Sequence record: KP869102
Length of the DNA: 64,000 nt
From: Escherichia coli O157 typing phage 4
Direction: 5' to 3' (one strand)
Shown here: positions 28,331 through 37,958 of the stretch, one piece after another
Layout of the letters: each line of letters starts with the position of its first letter
Numbering within the stretch: the stretch's first letter is position 1
Notes under the pieces: model-generated
Databases searched by the model: none
Seen by the model: only the letters and a program-made list of their open reading frames with translations
What the model was told of the DNA's origin: nothing
Position numbers and translations under genes: made by a program

Positions 28331-28918
28331 TCGGAATTGATGTAGATTTGACACTGGTAGATTCAGGAACAGCATGGTGGGAGTGGTTGGAGCGTTTGTA
28401 TGGTCCAGCCAGTAAGACAGTCGTTAAACCTTCTAATGGGCTGATGTATTACGATCTGTCAAAGTATTGGCCTGATCGCCCCAAAGAAAACATCATAGGA
28501 CCTTTTGATTTCTGGAGTGATCCGTTCCTCTACGACTTTCTTAAGCCTGAAGAGGGGGGCTATTGAGGTTATGAAAGATTTGGTGGCTCGCGGTCACAAG
28601 CTCGCATTTATCTCGGTATGCAAGAAAGGTCACCTTGCATCTAAATCAAGGTTCTTAAAGCGTTGGACCAGTGATTTTATGGATCTGGATGATCACACCC
28701 AGGGTCACGGCTTCTACGCCACACATTTTAAAGGAAATGTGGCTGTAGATGTTATAATTGACGACAGGCATGAATACCTGAACCAATTCGCTTCACGACC
28801 TGAAGTTATTAAAATCCTAAAAGATACGCCTTATGAGCAATTTGAGGAGTTAAAGGTCAGTGTTGACTATACCGCTGATAGCTGGTATAAAATAGGAAAG
28901 TTTTTAGAAGGTATTTGA
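28324..28918 (+). pseudogene. HAD-family hydrolase interrupted by a frameshift at a G-homopolymer
   Basis: Motif I IDVDLTLVDS in frame A stops at 28566; continuation (GAIEVMKDL...VIIDD) in another frame; GGGGGG run at ~28552-28557. Confidence 0.55.
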
Positions 28919-28919
28919 A

Positions 28920-29120
28920 ATGGGCAGATGTTCTAAAGGTGGCGATCCTGTAGTCAGATACGGTGACTGGCTAGAGGTGTATGATCTGGGAGGTAAGCTA
29001 GTGTATGCCTCCAGGATCACCCAAGATATGTGCTCTGACATGTTTAACAGATACCTTGCATTTAAGGCCAACATAAACCCAGACGAAATTTCCAAAATTA
29101 AAACAAGGAGAGCTAAATAA
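28920..29120 (+). CDS. hypothetical protein
   Basis: 66-aa ORF. Confidence 0.4.
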   Translation: MGRCSKGGDPVVRYGDWLEVYDLGGKLVYASRITQDMCSDMFNRYLAFKANINPDEISKIKTRRAK

Positions 29121-30103
29121 TGCTAAAACTGTGCACTGCAAAGATTATTGCTGACAGCATTTCCGAGAAAGGTAAGCGTATCACCACTTTTGAACTAGAG
29201 TATCCTCGAATTATTCACTCAGAGCTTATGACGCACCGAGTGTTCAGCCGAAACGCCATGTCTTCCCGTGCAGTGCCTGTCGGCAAGATGCTGCAACAGA
29301 TTGTGGAGAATCCGGCAATGCCAGTTCGCTTCGGTGTAAATAAGCGAGGGATGGAAGATGGTGGGGAACACGATCAAAAGATCCGTGTAGAGTACACTGA
29401 CATGGAGTTAACTCCTGAAGAGTTTTGGAAAGAAGCTGCAAAAAACGCCGCTTGGCATGCAGAGAAGTTCGCCCTTGCTGGTTACCATAAGCAAGTATGT
29501 AACCGTTTAGTGGAGCCGTTTCAGCGCATGAAAACAGTTGTAACAAGCACAGAGTGGAATAATTTCTTCCATCTCCGTTGCTGGCACGATGCTGACCCTA
29601 CTATTCAGATGTTAGCGAATTGCATGTGGGAGGCTCTTATGAATAGCACTCCTGAAATCCTTAAACCTGGTCAATGGCACACACCATATGTAGAGCACGT
29701 TTATTTGGACGGCGAGTTTAACTATGCTGTACGTGACACAGAAGGAAAGCTTTGCATTCTCGATACTGGAGAAGCTCTGTCTATTAGTGCTAGTTGCTGT
29801 GCACAAGTATCTTATCGAAATATTGACAGCACGTTTGAAAAGGCAGACAGTGTGGCTAAAAAACTAATTGGTGGGGATCGTATTCATGCAAGCCCTTACG
29901 AGCACCAGGCAACACCTATGGATCATGATAACGCAATGGAACGTTTAAACTACTACCTGTCTTCATGTGAAATCACACAAGACATTAGTACTTGGCAGGA
30001 AGGTGTAACCCATCAAGACCGTGATGGTAAATTCTGGTCTGCCAACTTTTGTGGGTGGGTTCAGCACAGACAGCTGCTTAATAACCACTTCGTGAAAGGT
30101 TAA
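29120..30103 (+). CDS. thyX: flavin-dependent thymidylate synthase
   Basis: ThyX-like MTHRVFSRNAMSSR segment and TEWNNFFHLR segment; 327 aa. Confidence 0.7.
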   Translation: MLKLCTAKIIADSISEKGKRITTFELEYPRIIHSELMTHRVFSRNAMSSRAVPVGKMLQQIVENPAMPVRFGVNKRGMEDGGEHDQKIRVEYTDMELTPEEFWKEAAKNAAWHAEKFALAGYHKQVCNRLVEPFQRMKTVVTSTEWNNFFHLRCWHDADPTIQMLANCMWEALMNSTPEILKPGQWHTPYVEHVYLDGEFNYAVRDTEGKLCILDTGEALSISASCCAQVSYRNIDSTFEKADSVAKKLIGGDRIHASPYEHQATPMDHDNAMERLNYYLSSCEITQDISTWQEGVTHQDRDGKFWSANFCGWVQHRQLLNNHFVKG

Positions 30104-30132
30104 TCCTATCACAGCGATAGGTAACTTTTGTG

Positions 30133-30161
30133 TTGACTAATAGTATCAGATAATCTATAAT
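30133..30161 (+). promoter_or_regulatory. sigma70-like promoter
   Basis: TTGACT - 17 nt - TATAAT immediately upstream of gene at 30163. Confidence 0.6.
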
Positions 30162-30162
30162 A

Positions 30163-30663
30163 ATGGCTCACTTTGTTAGTGAGCCAGAAATGGAGACAGA
30201 TATGAGTAATGTTATGATTCCTAAAAAGACATTTATTTCAGTTACTTTGGATTTCCTATCTACCGTTCCCGGGTTTAACGTTCGCACACGAAACGGTCTC
30301 CGAGCTGCACTCTTTGCCGTAGGGTTTGATTTAAAAAGTATTGATGTTCTTCGTGGAAAAAACGTTCGATGCAAAAATAAGCCAACACATTATCGAAAGG
30401 CAGATGTATTTGCTGGTGTCATGCGTGCAGACTTTAGATACCCGCAAATGTATAACGGTGTAGATATTTTAGATGTAGATAAAGCACCCGGTGAGGCAAT
30501 GCTTGTTCAAGATCTTCCGTATGATATCCCTGTGGAGGATCGTGTTAATGTAAGAAAGTATACAAAACAATCTGAAAAGGCTGAAGATATTCATATTGTT
30601 GATGAACCTTTCAATTTTGAAGATCTGCATCGCCTGGAAAAATTATTCGGTATTGAAAGCTAA
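30163..30663 (+). CDS. hypothetical protein
   Basis: 166-aa ORF. Confidence 0.45.
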   Translation: MAHFVSEPEMETDMSNVMIPKKTFISVTLDFLSTVPGFNVRTRNGLRAALFAVGFDLKSIDVLRGKNVRCKNKPTHYRKADVFAGVMRADFRYPQMYNGVDILDVDKAPGEAMLVQDLPYDIPVEDRVNVRKYTKQSEKAEDIHIVDEPFNFEDLHRLEKLFGIES

Positions 30664-30673
30664 GGTGGTGAAG

Positions 30674-30904
30674 ATGAGTCATAACTCCAAGTGGAAGGAT
30701 CTTGGTTTTGCAAGTCGGGCAGAGTATGTTGGTTGGCTTTGGTTCAATGGCCTGACAAACGATATTAAAATGTATGATGATGTCTATTATGACGAGTATA
30801 CAGGTAAAATTATAAATATCTCTGTAGAAGAGGATACTTTTATCCAGCAAGATACTGATACCTGCCTTGATAAATACGTTAGTGAAGTGGAGGAAGCAAA
30901 TTGA
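30674..30904 (+). CDS. hypothetical protein
   Basis: ATG at 30674 with AAGGTGG RBS; 76 aa. Confidence 0.4.
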   Translation: MSHNSKWKDLGFASRAEYVGWLWFNGLTNDIKMYDDVYYDEYTGKIINISVEEDTFIQQDTDTCLDKYVSEVEEAN

Positions 30905-33216
30905 TCACCAAGGTAATTAAAAGCAACGGATGTGAAGTGGCATTCGATCCAGAACGTTTAAATAAGGCAGCTATTTTCGGTGACGACGGTAACGGCAATT
31001 GGTCACACATTGCACTGGATGCATACAAACGACTGTATGATGGATGTACAACCAAAGAAGTTAACCAAGCTATCATAGACTCCTGTGTTAGCCGTAAAGA
31101 CGAAGCACATTCCCGTATGGCTGGTCGTGTTCTTATTGGTCAGATTTATAAAGAGGCTTTTGGAGGGTTTACAAAGATCCCTTCCTTACCATCATTTTAC
31201 AATACCATGGTTGAGAAAGGGTATTGGGAGGATATGGGATATAGCTTTACCGAGCTAAACACTTTAGACGCTGTTATTGACCACAGTAAAGATCTCGGTT
31301 ATGGCTATGCAGTCCTTAAACAGTTTCGCGACAAATACGGGATCAAGGATACTCTTAAAGACACCTTGTTTGAATCTCCCCAGATGATGTTTATGGGGAT
31401 AGCAATGGCTGTCATGAAGAATATGCCGAAAGAACGTCGTATCAACGATGTTGTAAAATTATACACTTATCTGTCCGACTTAAAGATCAATGCCCCAACA
31501 CCGTACTTAAACGGGCTGCGCACAGGTAAGACAGGGTATGCATCTTGTTGTGTAATAAAAGCTGACGATACAGCAAAATCTATTGGTGTGGCACGTGAAG
31601 TTGCGTACACAATGACGGTTAACCAAGCAGGTATCGGCTACTATTTATCATCAAGATCTGCAGGCGATGGTGTTCGTGGTAACACTATTAAACACATGGG
31701 TAAGATTCCATATTATCGAGGTATTGATGCTGGGGTTAAGGAGAACAGACAACAATCACGTGGCGGTTCTGCAACAGTATCATTCCTTGCACTAGACCCA
31801 CAGATTGATGAGCTAATCCGTTTGAGAAACCCTATGACTGTTGCTTCAAAAAGAATCAACACCATGGACTACTCTATAGGTATTAACAGGTCGTTTATCA
31901 ACCGTGTGGCTAAGAATTTAGATTGGATGCTTGTTTCTTATAAGCACGCGCCTCAACTGCATGAAGGTATCTTCACCATGTCTATGGAGGAGTTTGATGC
32001 AGAGGTTGATCGTATCGCTAAAGATGACAGTATTCCTAAAACATGGATCCGAGCTAGAGATCTTGCTGTTGAGCTGATCACGCAGCGTACCGAAGTGGGA
32101 AGGCTGTACGTATACTGGACAGATGAGATGAATAGACATACACCTTTTAAAGATGTGATCTATTCAAGTAACCTGTGTGCAGAAATAGCCCTCCCGACAA
32201 AAGGCTATTCAGATATGCGTAATATCTTCAAGTACGATGTTGATGATGGTGAGGTTGCATTGTGCTTCCTGTCATCTCTTGTAGCTGGAAGGGTTACCCC
32301 AGAGGAGTATGAGGATGTTGCATACTATACGGTGCTTATGATTGACAATGTTATGGAAATCATGACATATCCATATGAAAATATGGAGAGCACTGTTAAA
32401 AAACGCAGATCCATCGGGGTTGGCCTTACCAATGTTGCACATTTTATTGCCAGCCACAAGGTTACTTACGGATCTCCTGAAAGTAAACAGCTTGTTCACG
32501 ATCTTGCAGAACTTCACAGCTACAGCTTGCATAAGGCAAGTTTACGGTTGGCAAAAGAGCGTGGTGTCTGCGAGTGGATGCATAAAACAAAATATCCAGA
32601 AGGTTGGTTACCAATCGACACCTATAACAAAGAGGTAGATAGCGTGGTGAAAGATCCTTCTCTTAAACAGGATTGGGAAGGGTTACGTAAAGAAATCATT
32701 GAAAATGGTGGGCTACGTAATAGCGTTCTTGAAGCATATATGCCTAATGAAAGCTCTTCGCTGGCAACAAACACCACTAATGGGGTTTATCCTGTCCGTG
32801 AGCACATCATCTTTAAAAAATCGCCACAAGGGCAGGTGCTGTTTATCGTTCCTGACTATGATGAGTTGAAAGAGTATTACACCTCGGCTTGGGACGTTGA
32901 TACTAACGACATGATCGATATGTATGCTGTGATTCAAAAATTCACAGGTCAGGCAATCAGCGCGGATTTATACATAGACTACACCAAGTTGAAAGATGGT
33001 AAAATTTCAATGAAGGAGCAGCTAGGGTACCTTATCCGTGCCACTAAATTTGGGATGAAGACATGGTATTATTTAAACTCTAGGGTTGGTGCTGGTGACT
33101 CCTTGGCAGAGGAACTTCATGCCAAGAAACAGGCTGAAGATGAAACCAGAAAGAACTACCCTTTGATTGCAGATAGTTCAGTTGAAGATCCGTATTGCGA
33201 AAGCTGTGCACTATAA
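30901..33216 (+). CDS. nrdA: ribonucleotide reductase class Ia large subunit
   Basis: 771 aa, N-terminal ATP cone, active-site NLCAEIALPT; apparent TTG start. Confidence 0.85.
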   Translation: MITKVIKSNGCEVAFDPERLNKAAIFGDDGNGNWSHIALDAYKRLYDGCTTKEVNQAIIDSCVSRKDEAHSRMAGRVLIGQIYKEAFGGFTKIPSLPSFYNTMVEKGYWEDMGYSFTELNTLDAVIDHSKDLGYGYAVLKQFRDKYGIKDTLKDTLFESPQMMFMGIAMAVMKNMPKERRINDVVKLYTYLSDLKINAPTPYLNGLRTGKTGYASCCVIKADDTAKSIGVAREVAYTMTVNQAGIGYYLSSRSAGDGVRGNTIKHMGKIPYYRGIDAGVKENRQQSRGGSATVSFLALDPQIDELIRLRNPMTVASKRINTMDYSIGINRSFINRVAKNLDWMLVSYKHAPQLHEGIFTMSMEEFDAEVDRIAKDDSIPKTWIRARDLAVELITQRTEVGRLYVYWTDEMNRHTPFKDVIYSSNLCAEIALPTKGYSDMRNIFKYDVDDGEVALCFLSSLVAGRVTPEEYEDVAYYTVLMIDNVMEIMTYPYENMESTVKKRRSIGVGLTNVAHFIASHKVTYGSPESKQLVHDLAELHSYSLHKASLRLAKERGVCEWMHKTKYPEGWLPIDTYNKEVDSVVKDPSLKQDWEGLRKEIIENGGLRNSVLEAYMPNESSSLATNTTNGVYPVREHIIFKKSPQGQVLFIVPDYDELKEYYTSAWDVDTNDMIDMYAVIQKFTGQAISADLYIDYTKLKDGKISMKEQLGYLIRATKFGMKTWYYLNSRVGAGDSLAEELHAKKQAEDETRKNYPLIADSSVEDPYCESCAL

Positions 33217-33223
33217 TTTTAAA

Positions 33224-33242
33224 GGGGCTTCGGCCCCATTTT
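33224..33242 (+). terminator. rho-independent terminator
   Basis: GGGGC-TTCG-GCCCC hairpin followed by ATTTT. Confidence 0.6.
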
Positions 33243-33254
33243 AGAGGTAGAATA

Positions 33255-34343
33255 ATGGCTGTATTTAATGCTGAGAACACCGCTCATAAAACTGGTGACT
33301 ATCCGCTGTTTCTGGGACAGCAAATGGGTATGTACGACTCTATCAACAAAAAATATCCACAACTGTTCGAACTGTACAAAAAACAAAAAGAACAAGACTG
33401 GGCAGAGGATGAAGTGGATTTGTCGCAATCTATTTCAGATTTTGTAACATGCTCCAAGTCAACTTATGATGTGATGGTGCAGACCTTGATGTGGCAATGG
33501 GAGGCTGATAGCGTTGCGGCAAGATCGATCATCTGCCTCTTTTCACCATTCATCACTAATAGTGAGCTTTTCACTCTATTGATGAAACAGTCAGAGATTG
33601 AAGTTCTTCACGCACTAACTTACTCAGAGATTGTTAGACAATGCCTCCCCAATGCCCGTGAGATTATAGAAGAGATTCAGGAAAACCAAAACGTTCTGAG
33701 CAGATCTGGCGTTATTGTCAAATACATGCAAGAGCTTGAGGTTATTGGTGCAAAATACCGACTGGATCCTTCTAGTGTTGAAGAAGATATTGTGCGGAAA
33801 TGCATTCTTAGAGCGCTTTTTGCACTTTTAGCCCTGGAAAGTATTGAGTTTATTGCAAGTTTTGCATGCACTTTCGCAGTAGCTGAACAGGGTATTTTTG
33901 TTCAGGTGGCGCAGCTTGTTCAAAAAATCATGCTTGACGAAATGCTACATTCGAAAGGTGATTTTGCCATCATTGATATCCTGCTTAATGATCCGGCATG
34001 GGAGAAAAGCTTCCTTGAGATAAAAGGGGAGTTAAAAGAGATTCTTGATGAAGTACGAACCAAAGAGTACGGTTGGAGTGACTATATTTTCAGCGAAGGA
34101 AGAGCGATTATAGGTCTTAACTCACCGTTGCTTAAAGAATGGGTTGACTATAACTGCTCACCGATTTATGATTACTACGGCATCGACAAAGACTTTGTGC
34201 CGCCAACAAAGGACCCTCTACCGTTTATGCAGGTGTGGATGAAACCTTCATTGCAACAGACGGCGAACCAAGAAATGTCGAACACTGACTACCGCGTCAA
34301 CACAACTGTTAATGACGCTGAAGAAGAAATTTGGGAGTTTTAA
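33255..34343 (+). CDS. nrdB: ribonucleotide reductase class Ia small subunit
   Basis: Follows nrdA; ATG at 33255 with GAGG RBS; ferritin-like di-iron protein length. Confidence 0.8.
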   Translation: MAVFNAENTAHKTGDYPLFLGQQMGMYDSINKKYPQLFELYKKQKEQDWAEDEVDLSQSISDFVTCSKSTYDVMVQTLMWQWEADSVAARSIICLFSPFITNSELFTLLMKQSEIEVLHALTYSEIVRQCLPNAREIIEEIQENQNVLSRSGVIVKYMQELEVIGAKYRLDPSSVEEDIVRKCILRALFALLALESIEFIASFACTFAVAEQGIFVQVAQLVQKIMLDEMLHSKGDFAIIDILLNDPAWEKSFLEIKGELKEILDEVRTKEYGWSDYIFSEGRAIIGLNSPLLKEWVDYNCSPIYDYYGIDKDFVPPTKDPLPFMQVWMKPSLQQTANQEMSNTDYRVNTTVNDAEEEIWEF

Positions 34344-34346
34344 TAC

Positions 34347-34625
34347 ATGAGCTGTGAAAAATCTTTTTTCTTTATTATTTACGGTAAAGATAACTGCCCA
34401 CATTGTGTAAGAGCAAAAGAATTTGCAGTCAGTAAAGGTCTGCCTTTTGTATATAAGACACTTGGCGAGGGTTACACAAAAGAAGAGCTTATCGAGAAGT
34501 GCAGTCCAATCGTACCCAGAACGTTGCCGCAGATCTTCTTAGAAAGCAATCTTGAAAGTGTCCATATAGGCGGTGCCGACGATTTCATCTCTTTTGTTAA
34601 GAATGGTTTTGGAGAGAAAAAGTGA
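34347..34625 (+). CDS. glutaredoxin / NrdH-like redoxin
   Basis: CPHC active-site motif in 92-aa protein between RNR genes. Confidence 0.65.
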   Translation: MSCEKSFFFIIYGKDNCPHCVRAKEFAVSKGLPFVYKTLGEGYTKEELIEKCSPIVPRTLPQIFLESNLESVHIGGADDFISFVKNGFGEKK

Positions 34626-36745
34626 AAGTTGTAAAACGGGACGGTAGAGAAGAGGTCTATAACGGAATTAAGGTGATCAAGGCGGCAGAGTCCGCCTTAC
34701 TTGAGTCTGGACATACTGAAGAAGAAGCTTACCGGATCGCCTGCGCGGTTAATGAAGTTGTTGCTAACAATCTACCAACCGACCAGTGCACGATCTCTGT
34801 AAAAAATATCCATATCCTTGTTGAAGACGCTCTTATGGATATGGGTTTAAAATGTGCAGCCAGAGAATACATCCAGTATAGGCAGACAAGAGATAATAAC
34901 AGAGAGGCAGGTGGAAAACTGCTTGCAGATATTAGTGGCTTCTTGGATCGCACTTGTGATGAATTTACAAAAGAAAACGCAAATAAGCCTACCAATCATG
35001 TACACACTCATCGTGACCTGCTTGCAGGCATCCTTAGCAAACACCTTGCATCAACACAGATCCTGCCAGACCGTGTCTCAGAAGAGCACAATAAAGGCTT
35101 CATCCATGTGCATGATCTTGACTACTTGATCAGTCCGTTAACAAACTGTTGTTTGGTAAATTATCCAGATATGTTGGAAAACGGATTCAACATTGGCAAC
35201 GCCCATGTCAGTAAGCCGAAGTCAATAGGGGTTGCAACAACAATCCTTAGCCAAATCTCTAGTGCAGTAGCTAGTGCTCAATATGGAGGTCAGACTATGA
35301 GCCATATTGATCATTATCTGGCACAGTATGCTGAGGCGACCTATGAGAAGAATCTTAAATTTTGCCAGGAACACTGGTTGCCAGATGCTGAGACTGTTGC
35401 AATGCAAATGACAGATAAAGACGTATTTGACAGCATGCAGACTTTGCTCTATCAAATCAATACGTTAACCTCTGTCAACGGGCAAACTCCATTCATCACA
35501 TTAAGTTTAGGACTGGATACCTCGGTCTTTGGTAGAATGATTACCAAAAACTACTTGAAAGTCCACAAAATGGGTCTTGGTGAAGAACGTATCACACCTG
35601 TGTTCCCTAAAGTGCTGTTCTTCCTAGAAGAGGGTGTCAACATGAGCCCTGGAGATCCCAACTATGATTTGAAACGATTAGCTCTGGAATGCTCTGCAGA
35701 GCGGATTTATCCTGACTTTGTTTCTGTTCCACTAAATCGTAAAGTGACAGGCTCGACAGATGGCAAAGTAACGAGCATGGGTTGCCGGAGTTTTCTTAGC
35801 AAATACAATGACTTGGAAACAGGCGAGGAGAAATACCTTGGTAGATTTAACTTAGGCGTTGTTAGCCTTAACCTGCCAATGATTGCGGCAAAAGCTAAAA
35901 CGGAAGGTGTTGATTTCTTTGCAGTTCTTGACGAATACCTGGATCTTGCATACGAGGCTCACCTTGTAAGGGTTAACCGTCTAAAAGGAACAAAGGCAGG
36001 GCAGAACCCTATCATGTGGTGTGAAGGCGCTCTTGCTCGCCTGGATCCTGAAGAGAGTATTGATAAACTCTTCTATGACGGGTACGCTTCCATCAGTATT
36101 GGGTATATTGGTGTGTATGAAACCTGTCAGATTTTGGGCAGGGAGGGTGACAAGGCTTTAGCTCTTGGAATACTCCAGCACATGAGAGATGCTTGTGAGC
36201 GATACAAGAAGGAAAGTAGACTAGCGTTTAGCTTGTACGGCACCCCTTCTGAGAGTCTATGCTATAAAGCTGCAACCTGTCTGGATCGTGAATATCCTGA
36301 AGTGTTGAAGCATGAGCATGAATACCTCACCAACAGTTTCCATCAGCCAGTATGGATAAATAGCTCTCCTTTTGATAAGTGGGAATACGAGGAAGGTTTT
36401 GCTATGATCTCCTCTGGTGGCAACATCGGATACGTAGAGACACCAAATCTGAAAAACAACTTAGATGCTTTAGAGGCTCTTGTTGACTTCGGGTATAAAC
36501 ACATTATGTATTTTGGTATCAACCAGCCTGTGGATAAATGTCTTAAGTGTGGTTTCTCTGGTGAGTTCAGTGCAACAGCTAAGGGATTCGTATGCCCGGA
36601 GTGTGGAAACCATGAAGAGGGAACGATCAGTGTGATCAGACGTGTATCCGGGTACCTGTCTAGTCCAAACTCCCGTCCTTACAATAAAGGTAAGCAAGCG
36701 GAAGTTATAGAACGGGTTAAGCACTACGGAAGTTGTGGTTGCTGA
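34622..36745 (+). CDS. nrdD: anaerobic ribonucleoside-triphosphate reductase
   Basis: 707 aa, C-terminal glycyl-radical-like RRVSGYLSS and Cys cluster; followed by activase gene. Confidence 0.8.
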   Translation: MKVVKRDGREEVYNGIKVIKAAESALLESGHTEEEAYRIACAVNEVVANNLPTDQCTISVKNIHILVEDALMDMGLKCAAREYIQYRQTRDNNREAGGKLLADISGFLDRTCDEFTKENANKPTNHVHTHRDLLAGILSKHLASTQILPDRVSEEHNKGFIHVHDLDYLISPLTNCCLVNYPDMLENGFNIGNAHVSKPKSIGVATTILSQISSAVASAQYGGQTMSHIDHYLAQYAEATYEKNLKFCQEHWLPDAETVAMQMTDKDVFDSMQTLLYQINTLTSVNGQTPFITLSLGLDTSVFGRMITKNYLKVHKMGLGEERITPVFPKVLFFLEEGVNMSPGDPNYDLKRLALECSAERIYPDFVSVPLNRKVTGSTDGKVTSMGCRSFLSKYNDLETGEEKYLGRFNLGVVSLNLPMIAAKAKTEGVDFFAVLDEYLDLAYEAHLVRVNRLKGTKAGQNPIMWCEGALARLDPEESIDKLFYDGYASISIGYIGVYETCQILGREGDKALALGILQHMRDACERYKKESRLAFSLYGTPSESLCYKAATCLDREYPEVLKHEHEYLTNSFHQPVWINSSPFDKWEYEEGFAMISSGGNIGYVETPNLKNNLDALEALVDFGYKHIMYFGINQPVDKCLKCGFSGEFSATAKGFVCPECGNHEEGTISVIRRVSGYLSSPNSRPYNKGKQAEVIERVKHYGSCGC

Positions 36746-36748
36746 TAC

Positions 36749-36780
36749 TTGACAAAAGCCACAAGGATGTGGCATATTAT
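36749..36780 (+). promoter_or_regulatory. sigma70-like promoter with embedded palindrome GCCACAAGGATGTGGC
   Basis: TTGACA then inverted repeat then ATATTAT; near-identical element at 43.7 kb. Confidence 0.5.
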
Positions 36781-36808
36781 TGACACACAGTGAGCTAGGA
36801 GGTACAGT

Positions 36809-36925
36809 ATGTCTACAGGTATTTATAAAATTTGCAAGTGTGGTTGTCGTTGCAATCTTCGTTGGTGCAAGGCACTGGACGATTTTATTTGGCATTGCCC
36901 TAAATGTGATGCGGAGTATCTATGA
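36809..36925 (+). CDS. small zinc-ribbon protein (38 aa)
   Basis: AGGAGG RBS 7 nt upstream; CKCGCRC...CPKC; ATGA overlap with nrdG start; too short for the ORF track. Confidence 0.4.
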   Translation: MSTGIYKICKCGCRCNLRWCKALDDFIWHCPKCDAEYL

Positions 36926-37395
36926 ATATTGCCGGATACACAGAAATATCTTACACCGAAGGGCCAGGTATTAGAACTGCCTTATGGGTATCTGGGTGCC
37001 CACACGCTTGCCCTGGTTGCTTTAATCAGGCATTTTGGTCAAAAGATAAGGGGAGAGAGTTTACTGAAGAAGACTTGCAAAAAATCTTGTCAGATTTAGA
37101 TAACCCGTCTGTGTGCGGTATCTCTCTGCTGGGTGGAGAACCCTTAGCATACTATAATGAGCCAGATATTATTAGCCTGATGGAGAAAATTAAGGAAAAA
37201 TTTGGTGACAAGAAAACTATTCTTGTATATACTGGGTTCACATTTGACCATATCTCTAGTGATGTTCTTAAACTGGCTGATATCATCATTGACGGTAAGT
37301 ATGTAAAAGATTTACCAACCAAGAAACCGTTCCGAGGCAGTGATAACCAAAGAATGTTTAAAAAAGTATCAGGCGGTTGGGTCCAGGTAGACTAG
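36922..37395 (+). CDS. nrdG: anaerobic ribonucleotide reductase activating protein (radical SAM)
   Basis: CPHACPGC radical-SAM cysteine motif; downstream of nrdD. Confidence 0.8.
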   Translation: MNIAGYTEISYTEGPGIRTALWVSGCPHACPGCFNQAFWSKDKGREFTEEDLQKILSDLDNPSVCGISLLGGEPLAYYNEPDIISLMEKIKEKFGDKKTILVYTGFTFDHISSDVLKLADIIIDGKYVKDLPTKKPFRGSDNQRMFKKVSGGWVQVD

Positions 37396-37398
37396 CTG

Positions 37399-37429
37399 TT
37401 GACAAAGCTTTGTTTAGATAGGTATAATT
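37399..37429 (+). promoter_or_regulatory. sigma70-like promoter
   Basis: TTGACA - 19 nt - TATAAT. Confidence 0.5.
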
Positions 37430-37459
37430 ATCGTAAAATGAAAGCAGAGGAGGTGCCAA

Positions 37460-37573
37460 ATGGCTAAAAAAGCCTTGAAGAAGGCGTACAAAAAAGAAAT
37501 TGCGCTTGAGCTCAAGAAAAAACACAAGCGTGAAAAGAAACATCATGAGGATGAAGAGGGGGTGCAACAGTGA
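37460..37573 (+). CDS. small basic protein (37 aa)
   Basis: GAGGAGG RBS; Lys-rich peptide; GTGA overlap with next gene. Confidence 0.3.
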   Translation: MAKKALKKAYKKEIALELKKKHKREKKHHEDEEGVQQ

Positions 37574-37920
37574 CACAAGAACGTATCGATTTGGCTAATA
37601 AGTTTGTAGATCTCATTTTGCCACGGTTAGTTACTCAACATGCAGACGCTATTTCTACTAATCTTGATGGCTTACGCCTAATGCTGAATCGCACAGATGA
37701 CCCTCGTATTCGGGCTGATTTAGAAGCCTCTGCCAACAAACTGGAAAAGTTCTTGCAAGTAGACACGCAAGAAGCCTTACACAAGATTATGGTGGAAGGT
37801 TTCTCTAAAGAATTTACCATTAAAGAGCTTAAGGAGCTGATCCACCAAGAAGAGATGAATATCCGAGTTCAGGCTGTTGCAAGCAGCATGGAAGCGGCTA
37901 TTGAAAAACTGTTGCAGTAA
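37570..37920 (+). CDS. hypothetical protein
   Basis: 116-aa ORF, apparent GTG start. Confidence 0.45.
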   Translation: MTQERIDLANKFVDLILPRLVTQHADAISTNLDGLRLMLNRTDDPRIRADLEASANKLEKFLQVDTQEALHKIMVEGFSKEFTIKELKELIHQEEMNIRVQAVASSMEAAIEKLLQ

Positions 37921-37958
37921 AAGTACTTGGCACATCTCAATCTGAAAGGAGTCCCAAC

